Shown: positions 47,542-56,529, counted from the stretch's first letter. The stretch is 64,000 bases of DNA from Minisyncoccota bacterium (GCA_028712445.1 JAQTPY010000001.1:50034-114033); one strand, 5' to 3'. The notes: generated by a model from the sequence alone, not told the origin. Made by a program: numbers and translations.

Positions 47542-49746
47542 TTAAATAGGAAACTGCCACCATTTGCCAAAGATCTCAATTTGGAATCCCAGTAATGACA
47601 AGAGGAAAGTGACAATAAACCAGGCAGAAAAGACGATCAAAAATCCTTTGCCAAATGATTTCCAAATAGATTTGATTTTGCTCAAGGTGCCAGAATCCCC
47701 CATGGCAGTGTAATAAATTATGCCAGAGCCAGTCACCAGGAAAATCAATAAAATAGGAATCAGGGTCCAGAGGACAAAATCAAGAATGTTTCTGAAAATG
47801 TAGAAAATATCTTTAAATTCGCAAGGCCTGTGATCGTCATAAGGGGTGTCTGGGGAGTCGCAGTTCCTTCCGCAAGGAACCAGCCCTTTTTTGCATTCTT
47901 TATCTCCAGGAACCAAATTGAAAGAGAAATTGGCCCATTCTCCGGCGTCTTGGCAGTCTTTATCCAAGCAGGCCTTGACAGACCAGGAGTAGTTTTGAAA
48001 ATTTAAGTTCCCGGTTTCAAGAAAAGTTGAGTTCGTCCCAACAATGCCTTCGGGGCCTCCCGAAATCTTGTATTGATAATAGTTGGCTCCTTCCACAGGA
48101 TTCCAGGAAAGGTTTTTTTGATAAGAAATTAATTCTCCGCCGTTTGAGGGTTCAGGATTTGCCACTTGGGGAAGAGTGAAAGTAGTGAAATTTTTTACAG
48201 AGGAATTTCCGCAGATTTTAGCTTCCCTGTCAGCACAGGTTTTAAGAGCTAACCAATAGTTCGTTTTCGTTTTAAGGAGAGGATAATCGGCCAAAGGATT
48301 GGCTCCCGCGAAAGGAAGGAGGCCTGAAGACAAAATTTGAGAAAAGCTTCCATTAGATGAAAGCTCATAATAATAAGAGGCGGCTGCCGGCATTTGGTCA
48401 AAAGTCAAAGAAACGGGAATTAAGGGGAGCCCCTGGTTTCCGAAAGGGCTGATTTTAATGTTTGTTGGAGGAGCCCCTGTGGTTTTGAAAGTCAAGTTAT
48501 TAAAAATTTGTTCGCAATTGTTCCCTTTTTCGTCCCAACAAGAACTTAACTTCAAGGTGTAGCCTTGATTAAGTTCAAGTTTGTTCCAGATATCGCTGAA
48601 AGGAACGGAAGTGATTTCTCCCGAAGTGGTGGCGCTTATTATCGTCAGGCCGTTTTTTAAAATTTCATATCTGTAGGAGAGCACCCCTTTCAGCCCCATT
48701 GATTCCCAGGAGATGGAGTTTGAAAGATTGACCGTGTCTGAGTCTTTGGGGAAATTGATCACGGGAGCAAGAAGGTTCAGAGTGCCTGTGTTTATTTTCC
48801 AATATTGACTGAAATCTCCGCACTCTGAACCTTCTTGATTTTCCTTGCATTTTTCTCCGCAATCAGTGCCGTCCGCATTCAAACAGGCGGCGATTTCCCA
48901 AGAATAATCACTAAGCTTGGTAAAAATATCTGTCCCATATTCTATTTCCGAACTTTCAATGTTTTCTTTTTCATCGATGGGAACGGGAAAAAATATCTTT
49001 CCGTCTTTGTACAGCTTAAGAAAATATGATTCAGCGTCATTTACTGAGCACCAGTCAAGTTTCACTGGCACGGAAGTGTTTTGGGCGCTCTCTTCCCCTT
49101 GCCAGTCGGGGTCTTTCGGCGAAACTAGTTCTGGCGCCAGAGAGGTTTTTAAATTCCAGTTGCTGGAATTTCCACAGTTGGTTCCGTTGGCGTTGCAGCA
49201 AGCAGAGACATCCCAGTTATAAGAAGAATTGGAGTCAAGAAGACAAGAACCATTGTCTTCTTGGACATCATATTCAGATTTATTAATTATTTTTGAGACT
49301 ATCTTGTTGTAAATATTAATTACGTAAGATTTAGGTCCGGTAGACTCTCCCCAGCCTGCCACGTCGTTCCAATCCAGTTTTACGGGCAGCTTAATATTAT
49401 TTTTATCTACGCTTTTTGAAGACTGGTCTGAATAATAGGGATTATCGTAATACCTGTCGCCAGAAGGGGTTTCCAAGCATTCTCCCTGACAGGAACAGGA
49501 AGGCGGAGAGGCGCTGCATCTTTCCCAGGATTGGCATTCCTGGACTAATATGTCTTCGCATTCGCTTCCTCCACAGCAGGGCTCCCCGGGAGTCACGTAG
49601 CGGAGCTCTCCTTCGCAGCCTCCGGCGCAGTAATAATATCCTCCGCAGGGGCAAGGGATGCATTTTTCCCCCTCAGCTTTTGCTTGCTGAAAAAATAAAA
49701 AAATAAAAAACAGTAAAATAAAAAATATGAAAAACTTTTTCATCAT
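47542..49746 (-). CDS. Large Cys-rich surface protein: signal peptide, a CxC-rich module, about 5 tandem beta-sandwich-like repeats each closed by a Cys pair, and a C-terminal pilin-like 2-TM hairpin.
   Basis: Repeats end in ..SACCNANGTNCG.., ..AACLNADGTDCG.., ..SSCWDEKGNNCE.., ..KTCADREAKICG.., ..KACLDKDCQDAG... The C-terminus reads LLIFLVTGSGIIYYTAMGDSGTLSKIKSIWKSFGKGFLIVFSAWFIVTFLL. The start overlaps the ksgA stop (TAATG). Confidence 0.55.
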   Translation of the reverse strand: MMKKFFIFFILLFFIFLFFQQAKAEGEKCIPCPCGGYYYCAGGCEGELRYVTPGEPCCGGSECEDILVQECQSWERCSASPPSCSCQGECLETPSGDRYYDNPYYSDQSSKSVDKNNIKLPVKLDWNDVAGWGESTGPKSYVINIYNKIVSKIINKSEYDVQEDNGSCLLDSNSSYNWDVSACCNANGTNCGNSSNWNLKTSLAPELVSPKDPDWQGEESAQNTSVPVKLDWCSVNDAESYFLKLYKDGKIFFPVPIDEKENIESSEIEYGTDIFTKLSDYSWEIAACLNADGTDCGEKCKENQEGSECGDFSQYWKINTGTLNLLAPVINFPKDSDTVNLSNSISWESMGLKGVLSYRYEILKNGLTIISATTSGEITSVPFSDIWNKLELNQGYTLKLSSCWDEKGNNCEQIFNNLTFKTTGAPPTNIKISPFGNQGLPLIPVSLTFDQMPAAASYYYELSSNGSFSQILSSGLLPFAGANPLADYPLLKTKTNYWLALKTCADREAKICGNSSVKNFTTFTLPQVANPEPSNGGELISYQKNLSWNPVEGANYYQYKISGGPEGIVGTNSTFLETGNLNFQNYSWSVKACLDKDCQDAGEWANFSFNLVPGDKECKKGLVPCGRNCDSPDTPYDDHRPCEFKDIFYIFRNILDFVLWTLIPILLIFLVTGSGIIYYTAMGDSGTLSKIKSIWKSFGKGFLIVFSAWFIVTFLLSLLGFQIEIFGKWWQFPI

Positions 49747-50585
49747 TAATCTATTCTATATGTTTTTAATAAATTCAGCCAATCTTCCAGCTCTAATGTT
49801 TCGGCCCTTCTTTTAGGTTCAATCTTATTTTCAATCAGCCAGGTCCCGACTTTCTCTTTACTCAGATTAAGTTTGTTTGAGAGGTTGTTTATCAATTGTT
49901 TTCTCGGTTGGGAAAATCCAGCTTTTACGATTTTAAAAAATGAATCCCTGTTTTTTTCCTTTAATAATGGCTCTCTAAAAGGAAGAATCTTTATCACTGC
50001 AGCGTCAACGTTGGGTTCCGGCCAAAAGAATTTTCCAGGGACGTAAGAAATGATTTTAGGATTTGCGTAAATCTGGACAGAAACCGCTAAAATATTCATT
50101 CCAGGCGGTTTAGAGCATATTTTTTTTCCAACTTCCTTCTGAATTGTAAAAACCATGCTTTCAGGAGGGTTTTCAGATTCCAGAAATCTTCTGATTAGGG
50201 GAGAAGTTAAATAAAAAGGCAGATTGCCGGCTACTTTGTATTTTTCATTTTGGACACCGAGACTTCCCAGATCCACTCTTAAAGCATCTCCCTCTATTAC
50301 CTCTACATTATTAAGCCCTGCCAGAGTTTCTTTCAAAATTTCTATCATTGTCCGGTCTTTTTCTATGGCTACTACCTTTTTAGCTTTTCTTGCCAGTTCT
50401 TGGGTTAAGACTCCCAGCCCGGGTCCGATTTCTAATACCAATTCATCAGATTGGAGATCTAAAGCTTCGGTAAGTTTTTCTATAGTCGATCTATTCAATA
50501 AAAAATTCTGCCCCAATCCTTTAGAGGGGCGAGCCAGATGGTTTTTCAGGATGTTTTTAATGTCAGATTTGGAAAAAAGATCCAT
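49746..50585 (-). CDS. rsmA: 16S rRNA (adenine1518/1519-N6)-dimethyltransferase.
   Basis: GQNFL, LEIGPGLG and the NLPY motif context. Confidence 0.85.
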   Translation of the reverse strand: MDLFSKSDIKNILKNHLARPSKGLGQNFLLNRSTIEKLTEALDLQSDELVLEIGPGLGVLTQELARKAKKVVAIEKDRTMIEILKETLAGLNNVEVIEGDALRVDLGSLGVQNEKYKVAGNLPFYLTSPLIRRFLESENPPESMVFTIQKEVGKKICSKPPGMNILAVSVQIYANPKIISYVPGKFFWPEPNVDAAVIKILPFREPLLKEKNRDSFFKIVKAGFSQPRKQLINNLSNKLNLSKEKVGTWLIENKIEPKRRAETLELEDWLNLLKTYRID

Positions 50586-50593
50586 ATTTAAAG

Positions 50594-51790
50594 GTGTACA
50601 AATTGTGGATAAAAAGCTTGACTGAGGAGCCTATTTTTATTATACTATTACAAGTCAATATGAAACGCAAAAGCAAGGGGCTCTTGAGGTGGAGAAAGAG
50701 TCTCAAAAAGCTAAAAAAGTATTTTGAAGGGTCTCTAGAAGATCCTTTCTTCTGTTTTGGAGCAGCCGCTTTATTTTTATTCATTATTGTCTGCTTGAAT
50801 CCGGGAAATATTTCCGGATCCTCAGAAAGCAGAGAGAATCTTTCTTTAGCAGCCCTTTCCCAGGTTTTAATAGATGAATCTGGCGATAAAAACCAGTTTG
50901 CCGGCTTGTCTGCCAAGAAAACTTTAATTGAATCTCCGGGTTTTCTTTTGGTCGGAAATTCCAGCTTAAAGGCAGTCACTTCACCTAGCGCTCTTTCCCC
51001 TCAGATTTTAGGAGCTTTAGTTGGCGATGTTGAATCTTATGACAATGAAAAGAGTGTTCGTGAATACGCCGTTGAGTCGGGAGACACCCTTTGGTCTATT
51101 GCCGACAGATTCGGCATATCAATAGATACCATTCTTTGGGCGAATGATCTAAATAAGAACACTTTGCTTAAAGAAGGGCAACGATTGATAATTCTTCCTG
51201 TTTCAGGCGTCATTCACCATGTTAAGTCCGGAGACACCATATCCGTTGTCGCTCAAAAGTATAAAGGAAAGACAGAAGATGTTATAGCGTACAATAATCT
51301 TTCTAACGAAGGAGATATTTACGTCGGAGACATATTGGTTATTCCTGGCGGGAAAATGCCAAAAGTAACCTATCCCAGTTCACCCAATGTTCCTTTGGCT
51401 GACAGCTACTTTATTTGTCCAATCGGTTCTCCTTGCCGCATTACGCAAGGTCTCCATTTCTATAACGCTGTTGATTTCAGCCATGGAAAATGCGGCGAAG
51501 TGATTTATGCTGCAGCTGCCGGGACCGTCCAGAGGGTTAACATGACAAATTCCACTTACAGGCTGGCAAATAACGGGTATGGAAGCCACATGACCATATT
51601 GCATCCCAATGGAGCAGTCACTTATTACGGGCACATTGCCGCTATTCTGGTAAATACGGGAGACAAAGTTTCCCAGGGCCAGCCTATAGCTTTGATGGGA
51701 GGAAAACCTGGCACTGCTGGAGCAGGGAAATCAACAGGTTGTCATCTTCATTTCGGAGTTTCAGGAGCTAGAAATCCTTTTGCGAGATAG
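50594..51790 (+). CDS. LysM-domain M23 family peptidase. The start may be the internal Met at 50657.
   Basis: Two LysM repeats (GDTLWSIADRFGI, GDTISVVAQKYKG) and an M23 HxxxD...HLH core (HMTILHPNG...CHLHF). Confidence 0.8.
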   Translation: MYKLWIKSLTEEPIFIILLQVNMKRKSKGLLRWRKSLKKLKKYFEGSLEDPFFCFGAAALFLFIIVCLNPGNISGSSESRENLSLAALSQVLIDESGDKNQFAGLSAKKTLIESPGFLLVGNSSLKAVTSPSALSPQILGALVGDVESYDNEKSVREYAVESGDTLWSIADRFGISIDTILWANDLNKNTLLKEGQRLIILPVSGVIHHVKSGDTISVVAQKYKGKTEDVIAYNNLSNEGDIYVGDILVIPGGKMPKVTYPSSPNVPLADSYFICPIGSPCRITQGLHFYNAVDFSHGKCGEVIYAAAAGTVQRVNMTNSTYRLANNGYGSHMTILHPNGAVTYYGHIAAILVNTGDKVSQGQPIALMGGKPGTAGAGKSTGCHLHFGVSGARNPFAR

Positions 51791-51807
51791 AAAGAAAAAA
51801 GTAAAAA

Positions 51808-51837
51808 GACACGGAGGTTAGACCTCCGTGTCTTTTT
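51808..51837. terminator. Bidirectional terminator.
   Basis: gacacggagg-ttaga-cctccgtgtc followed by ttttt. Confidence 0.65.
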
Positions 51838-51853
51838 GATGCTAAAAGAAGAG

Positions 51854-52240
51854 TTAGGTTTCTTTTCTTGTTTTTTCACATTTCAGGCAGAGTTTTGCTG
51901 CAGGATAGGCCCGCAATCTCTCTTCTTCAATTTCCTGGTTGCAGTTCTCGCACTTTCCGTAGATTCCTTTTTTGATTTTTTCTAAAGCTCCATTTATTTC
52001 TTGCAAGTGTGATTCTAAACTGTGCTCCATTGAAAGCAATTTACTGTATTCTTCAACTTCGTCTGCTGCCTGCTCTTCCGCCATGCTGCCGGTGTCTCCG
52101 GATCCCATTTTAGGAAAGCGGGTATCCCAATCACCTTTAAGATTTTTATCTTTGTCTGCAAATTTGGCCAATTGGCTTTCAATATTTGCTTTATCTTCCT
52201 CCAGTTTCTTTTTTAATTCTTCAATTAATTCTTTTTTCAT
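51854..52240 (-). CDS. DksA/TraR-family C4 zinc-finger protein.
   Basis: A coiled coil and a C-terminal CENCNQEI...CLKCE. Confidence 0.7.
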   Translation of the reverse strand: MKKELIEELKKKLEEDKANIESQLAKFADKDKNLKGDWDTRFPKMGSGDTGSMAEEQAADEVEEYSKLLSMEHSLESHLQEINGALEKIKKGIYGKCENCNQEIEEERLRAYPAAKLCLKCEKTRKET

Positions 52241-52302
52241 CTATTTTTATTGCGTAAGCAACGTTTTTAATTTAACCGGCGTCATTAATTATAATTTATA
52301 TA

Positions 52303-53322
52303 TCATTCTATTAGGGAATCAAAATATTCCCAGTCAAAATTCCAAGGATCTGTTTTGGTGCTAGAAATGTTTTCATGTCCAAGAATATTGTTTGAGACGA
52401 GAGGATGGTTACTTTTTAAATATCGCGTGAGCTCAGCTAGAGCTTCGTACTGAGCGGGGCTGGGGGAGTCGGTATTTTTATAAATCAATTCAATGCCGAT
52501 CGAAAAGTTGTTGATGACATTTTTTCTGGCGCCATCGGGCATTACGCCGGTGCCTGCATGATAAGCCACATCTTTCTCGGGAGCCAGACTGTAGATTATT
52601 CCGTTTCTGTCTATTAAATAATGAGAGGCGACTTTGTATATTCTGAATTCTTCAATTACCTTATCTACGCTGTAAACATCCCCTCCCAAAGCGTTGTAGG
52701 CAGAGTGGATTATTAAAGTGTCTATGGTTCTGGGAGTTTTAGGAGTGTAATGTCCCCAGCTTAGGATTCTGTTTATGGTTGAGGGACCAGTTTCCTTTTC
52801 GGGTTCAGAATCCTGAGGTTCTTCTTCGGCTGGCGGATTTTCCTCTTCAGGTTCGCTGCTTGTTGCTTCGCCGCCGGCAGGGATAACTGTTTCAGGAGGA
52901 TTTTCATTCAAGGGTTCATTGTTTGCTGGCTCATTTTTCTGAGGAGACTCTTTTGCAGAGTTGTTTGCAAACAAAAACCAGTAGATTGAAAGTCCAATCA
53001 AAAAAATAAAGATAATTATGCCTGCCCGGATAATGATTTTCAGAAAAGCTGTATTTTTTCCTGCTGATTTGGGAATCAGCAATCCCGGCTCTTCGGGTTT
53101 TTTTTCTTGAGGCCCGAGAGAGGGTGAGAGAGTGACCGGTTTTCCTTCCGTATTTAACGAAGCGATTCTTTCTTTTTCTTTCTGAGCTTCATTTTCTCTC
53201 AGTCCGGCCACTTCTTTTTCCATAGTGCTTATCTCCTCTCTTTTCAAGAATTCTTTTTTCTCTCCCTCAGTCGGCTGATTTTCCTGAGGCAAGTCAGGTT
53301 TTTTAATGTCAGAAAAATTCAC
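52303..53322 (-). CDS. N-acetylmuramoyl-L-alanine amidase (Amidase_2/PGRP type) with an N-terminal TM and a Pro/Glu-rich linker.
   Basis: LIIHSA...VASHYLIDRNG...AYHAG core. Confidence 0.65.
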   Translation of the reverse strand: MNFSDIKKPDLPQENQPTEGEKKEFLKREEISTMEKEVAGLRENEAQKEKERIASLNTEGKPVTLSPSLGPQEKKPEEPGLLIPKSAGKNTAFLKIIIRAGIIIFIFLIGLSIYWFLFANNSAKESPQKNEPANNEPLNENPPETVIPAGGEATSSEPEEENPPAEEEPQDSEPEKETGPSTINRILSWGHYTPKTPRTIDTLIIHSAYNALGGDVYSVDKVIEEFRIYKVASHYLIDRNGIIYSLAPEKDVAYHAGTGVMPDGARKNVINNFSIGIELIYKNTDSPSPAQYEALAELTRYLKSNHPLVSNNILGHENISSTKTDPWNFDWEYFDSLIE

Positions 53323-53356
53323 CTTGGAAACAAAGAAACAGTTTAAAGTTATAATA

Positions 53357-55492
53357 TTAACTTTTTTTAGCTTCCTTCAGGGACAGATTTATTCTTCCCT
53401 GCTCATCGATTGAAATTACTTTAACAGGGATCATATCCCCTATTTTAACAATATCTTCTACTTTGTTCACGCGATAGTCGGCAAGCTGGGATATGTGAAC
53501 GAGTCCTTCCTGTCCGGGGAGGATTTCAACGAATGCTCCGAAGGCCAGTATTCTTTTTACTTTTCCCTGAAATATTTCTCCCTCTTTTACTTCATGTGTG
53601 ATGTTTTTGATCCATTCTTCAGCTTTTTGGGCTGCAGTTTCTTTCTCTCCCGTAATAAAGATTCTTCCTGAATCTTCAATGTCAATTGAAACTCCGCATT
53701 CATCGATGATTTCATTGATCACCTTTCCGCCCGGACCAATCACCTCCCTTATCTTTTCGGGATTAATTTGGAGGACTATTATTCTTGGAGCGTAAGGGGA
53801 AAGCTGGGCTCTGGGTTTATCTATCACTTTTGATACCTCCTTTAATATTTCCAATCTTGCTTTTTTGGCCTGTTCCAGAGTTTTTTCAATGATTTCATCT
53901 CCTATGCCCTCTATTTTAACATCCATCTGAATTGCGCAAATCCCCTTTTCTGTTCCAGCTACTTTAAAGTCCATGTCTCCATGATGGTCTTCAGGGCCCT
54001 GAATATCGGTAATGATTTTGTATTTTCCTTTGTAATCAGCCATAAGTCCCAGCGAAATTCCAGTGACAGGTCTTTTAATAGGAACTCCGGCATCCATTAA
54101 GGCCATGCTTGAAGCTGTAGTTGCAGCCATTGAGGTAGAGCCGTTTGAAGAAAGAATTTCAGTGACGATTCTGATTGTGTAAGGAAAATCTTCAACCGAA
54201 GGAACAACTGATGCCAGGGCTTTTTCTCCAAGCATTCCGTGTCCTATTTCTCTTCGGCCGGGCCCTCTCATTGGCTTTACTTCGCCCGAGGAATAAGGGG
54301 GAAAATTGTAGTGATGCATAAATCGTTTTTTCCCCTTGATTTCCATTCCTTCAAGCAGTTTTACATCTCCGGGGGCTCCCAGGGTCAGAATGGAAAGAGC
54401 TTTTGTTTGTCCTCTGACAAAAAGGCCGGAACCGTGAGTTCTGGGCAAAAGCCCCACTTCGCCTTCAATCTTTCTCAGCTCGTCCAATTTTCTTCCATCG
54501 CATCTTTTGTCAGAGTTGATTATATTGTCATGAATGATTCTGTCTGTTTCGTTGTGAAAAAAAGAAGTGACGTATTTTTGTTTGCCCAAGCCGGGATATT
54601 TCCCTTCGACGAACACCATGGCCTCTTCTTTCAATTCATTGATTCCCTTTTCTCTCTGGCCCTTTTCTCTTTGAAATACGGCTTTTTCAAGTTTGTCTCC
54701 GATGAATTCTTTAATTTCTTTTTTCAACTGTTCATCGATCAGAGATTCTGTTATCTGGGATTTTTCAACCCCAACTTTTTTTGCTATATCTTTTTCAAAA
54801 TCGATTATCTTTTTCAGTTCAGGTTTGGCAATTTTAATGGCTCCAATAACGGTTTTTTCTTCAACCTCATCACCTTCATTTTCCATCATATTGATTAAAA
54901 TTCTATCATCTTCTTTGTTTCCTAGAAATTTAGCTGAGTCTGATTCCAAAGCAGCTAAAGCTAATTCAAAATTGCTTTCTTCTCTTTCCTGATAAGTGGG
55001 GTTGAGAATAAAGTTCCCGTCTTTTCCTCCCACTCGCAAGGAGGCGATGGGCCCTTTCCATGGAATATTTGAAACAGAAAGGGCTAAAGATGCGGCAATA
55101 AGGCCTAAAGTATCGGGATCATTTTCCCCATCCCACGAAAGACAGGTGACAACCACTTGGACTTCTTTTTTTAAGTTTTTGGGGAAACAAGGCCTGATTG
55201 CTCTGTCGATAAATCTTGCAACCAGTATTGCTTCGTCAGAAGGCCTGCCTTCTCTTCTCAAAAATCTTGAACCCAATATTTTTCCTGCAGCATAATATCT
55301 TTCCTCGTATTCTACGGTCAGGGGAAAGAAATCTGCTCCTTCTCTTTCATTTTCAGACATGACAGCAGTAGCTAAAACCATGGTTCCGCCGTATTGGACA
55401 ATGGCGGATCCGGAAGCTTGTTCAGCCAAATCTCTCAGTTCAACCTTAAGCTCTTTTCCTCCGATTTCCAATTTGAATGTTTCTTTTTTCAT
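53357..55492 (-). CDS. pnp: Polyribonucleotide nucleotidyltransferase.
   Basis: Two RNase PH-like domains, a KH domain and a C-terminal S1 domain. 711 aa. Confidence 0.9.
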   Translation of the reverse strand: MKKETFKLEIGGKELKVELRDLAEQASGSAIVQYGGTMVLATAVMSENEREGADFFPLTVEYEERYYAAGKILGSRFLRREGRPSDEAILVARFIDRAIRPCFPKNLKKEVQVVVTCLSWDGENDPDTLGLIAASLALSVSNIPWKGPIASLRVGGKDGNFILNPTYQEREESNFELALAALESDSAKFLGNKEDDRILINMMENEGDEVEEKTVIGAIKIAKPELKKIIDFEKDIAKKVGVEKSQITESLIDEQLKKEIKEFIGDKLEKAVFQREKGQREKGINELKEEAMVFVEGKYPGLGKQKYVTSFFHNETDRIIHDNIINSDKRCDGRKLDELRKIEGEVGLLPRTHGSGLFVRGQTKALSILTLGAPGDVKLLEGMEIKGKKRFMHHYNFPPYSSGEVKPMRGPGRREIGHGMLGEKALASVVPSVEDFPYTIRIVTEILSSNGSTSMAATTASSMALMDAGVPIKRPVTGISLGLMADYKGKYKIITDIQGPEDHHGDMDFKVAGTEKGICAIQMDVKIEGIGDEIIEKTLEQAKKARLEILKEVSKVIDKPRAQLSPYAPRIIVLQINPEKIREVIGPGGKVINEIIDECGVSIDIEDSGRIFITGEKETAAQKAEEWIKNITHEVKEGEIFQGKVKRILAFGAFVEILPGQEGLVHISQLADYRVNKVEDIVKIGDMIPVKVISIDEQGRINLSLKEAKKS

Positions 55493-55544
55493 CTTTTTAT
55501 CTCAGTTCTTTTTATTGTTTTTTTATTTATTTTAATTCAGGTTC

Positions 55545-56057
55545 TTATTTTGGTGTTTTAAGCAGATATTTTGCAGGGGATTCTCCCAGATCAATGAATT
55601 CATCAGCCTTCTCTTTTATTTTTGCCGAAGCCGATCTGCCGAAAGCTATCACTTCGACTCTCTTTCCCTGATTTTGCAAAAATTCAACTAGCTGAAAAAA
55701 ATCACCGTCTCCTGAGGCCAGGACGATGGTGTCTACGCTTGGAGCGATTCTGATTGCGTCCACGGTAATGCCAACGTCCCAGTCAGCTTTTTTTATTCCT
55801 CCAAAAAATTCCTGGAGATCTCTTTCCCGGGTTTCTATTCCTTGTTCGATTAAAGCTTCAAAAAAGGGTTTTTCTTCACCGGTCTTTGTTTTGACAACAT
55901 AAGCGAAAGCTCTGATCAGACTTCTGTTTGAGACAGCCAGTTTGAGAATGGCGCCGAAATTTACTCTCGCGCCAAAGAGATTCTTGGCTGAATGATATAA
56001 ATTTTGAACATCTATTAAAACGGCTACTCTTTGCCCGCTGTGTTTTACTATAGACAT
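55545..56057 (-). CDS. NYN/LabA-like domain protein.
   Basis: VAVLIDVQNLYHSA ... VLASGDGDF. Confidence 0.65.
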   Translation of the reverse strand: MSIVKHSGQRVAVLIDVQNLYHSAKNLFGARVNFGAILKLAVSNRSLIRAFAYVVKTKTGEEKPFFEALIEQGIETRERDLQEFFGGIKKADWDVGITVDAIRIAPSVDTIVLASGDGDFFQLVEFLQNQGKRVEVIAFGRSASAKIKEKADEFIDLGESPAKYLLKTPK

Positions 56058-56060
56058 AGT

Positions 56061-56327
56061 TTACTTTTTCAACCCTATTTTTTTAACCAAAGAGTTGTAT
56101 CTTCTCGTCCCCTCTTTTTTGAGAAAATTCAAAAGGCTTCTTCTTTGGGAAACCATTTGCAGCAATCCCCTTTTTGAGTGCACATCTTTAGGATTCTTTT
56201 TTAAATGCAAAAGAAGTCTTTTTATCTCTTCGGTCAGCAAAGCCACCTGGACCTCGGGAGATCCTGTGTCCACATCGTGAAGCTTGTATTTTGATATTAT
56301 CTTTGATTTATCTTCTGTGCTTAGCAT
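56061..56327 (-). CDS. rpsO: 30S ribosomal protein S15.
   Basis: [14 protein letters not shown] ... conserved S15 sequence, 88 aa. Confidence 0.9.
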   Translation of the reverse strand: MLSTEDKSKIISKYKLHDVDTGSPEVQVALLTEEIKRLLLHLKKNPKDVHSKRGLLQMVSQRRSLLNFLKKEGTRRYNSLVKKIGLKK

Positions 56328-56366
56328 ATTAGTTTATAGTTTTTAGTTAGTAGTTTTTAGTTTAGA
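56328..56366 (-). repeat. Tandem TAnnAAC heptamer repeats immediately 5' of the rpsO start codon.
   Basis: Minus-strand reading: TAAAC TAAAAAC TACTAAC TAAAAAC TATAAAC TAAT then ATG. Confidence 0.6.
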
Positions 56367-56368
56367 CT

Positions 56369-56444
56369 TGGTGCCCCCGCCGCGACTCGGACGCGGAACC
56401 ACTTCCTTAAGAGGGAATTGCTCTACCAATTGAGCTACGGGGGC
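56369..56444 (-). tRNA. tRNA-Lys (anticodon CTT) with an encoded 3' CCA.
   Basis: Reverse complement: GCCCCCG acceptor, D-arm GCTCAATTGGTAGAGC, anticodon loop CTCTTAA, T-arm CCGCG-TCCGAGT-CGCGG, ends ACCA. Confidence 0.8.
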
Positions 56445-56457
56445 AAGTCCTCCGCTA

Positions 56458-56529
56458 TGCCCCCGGAAGGACTCGAACCCTCACTCCAAGATCCGAAGTC
56501 TTGTACGCTATCCATTACGTTACGGGGGC
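56458..56529 (-). tRNA. tRNA-Arg (anticodon TCG). CCA is not encoded.
   Basis: Reverse complement: acceptor GCCCCCG/CGGGGGC, anticodon arm CAAGA-CTTCGGA-TCTTG, T-loop TTCGAGT, 4-nt variable loop. Confidence 0.7.
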
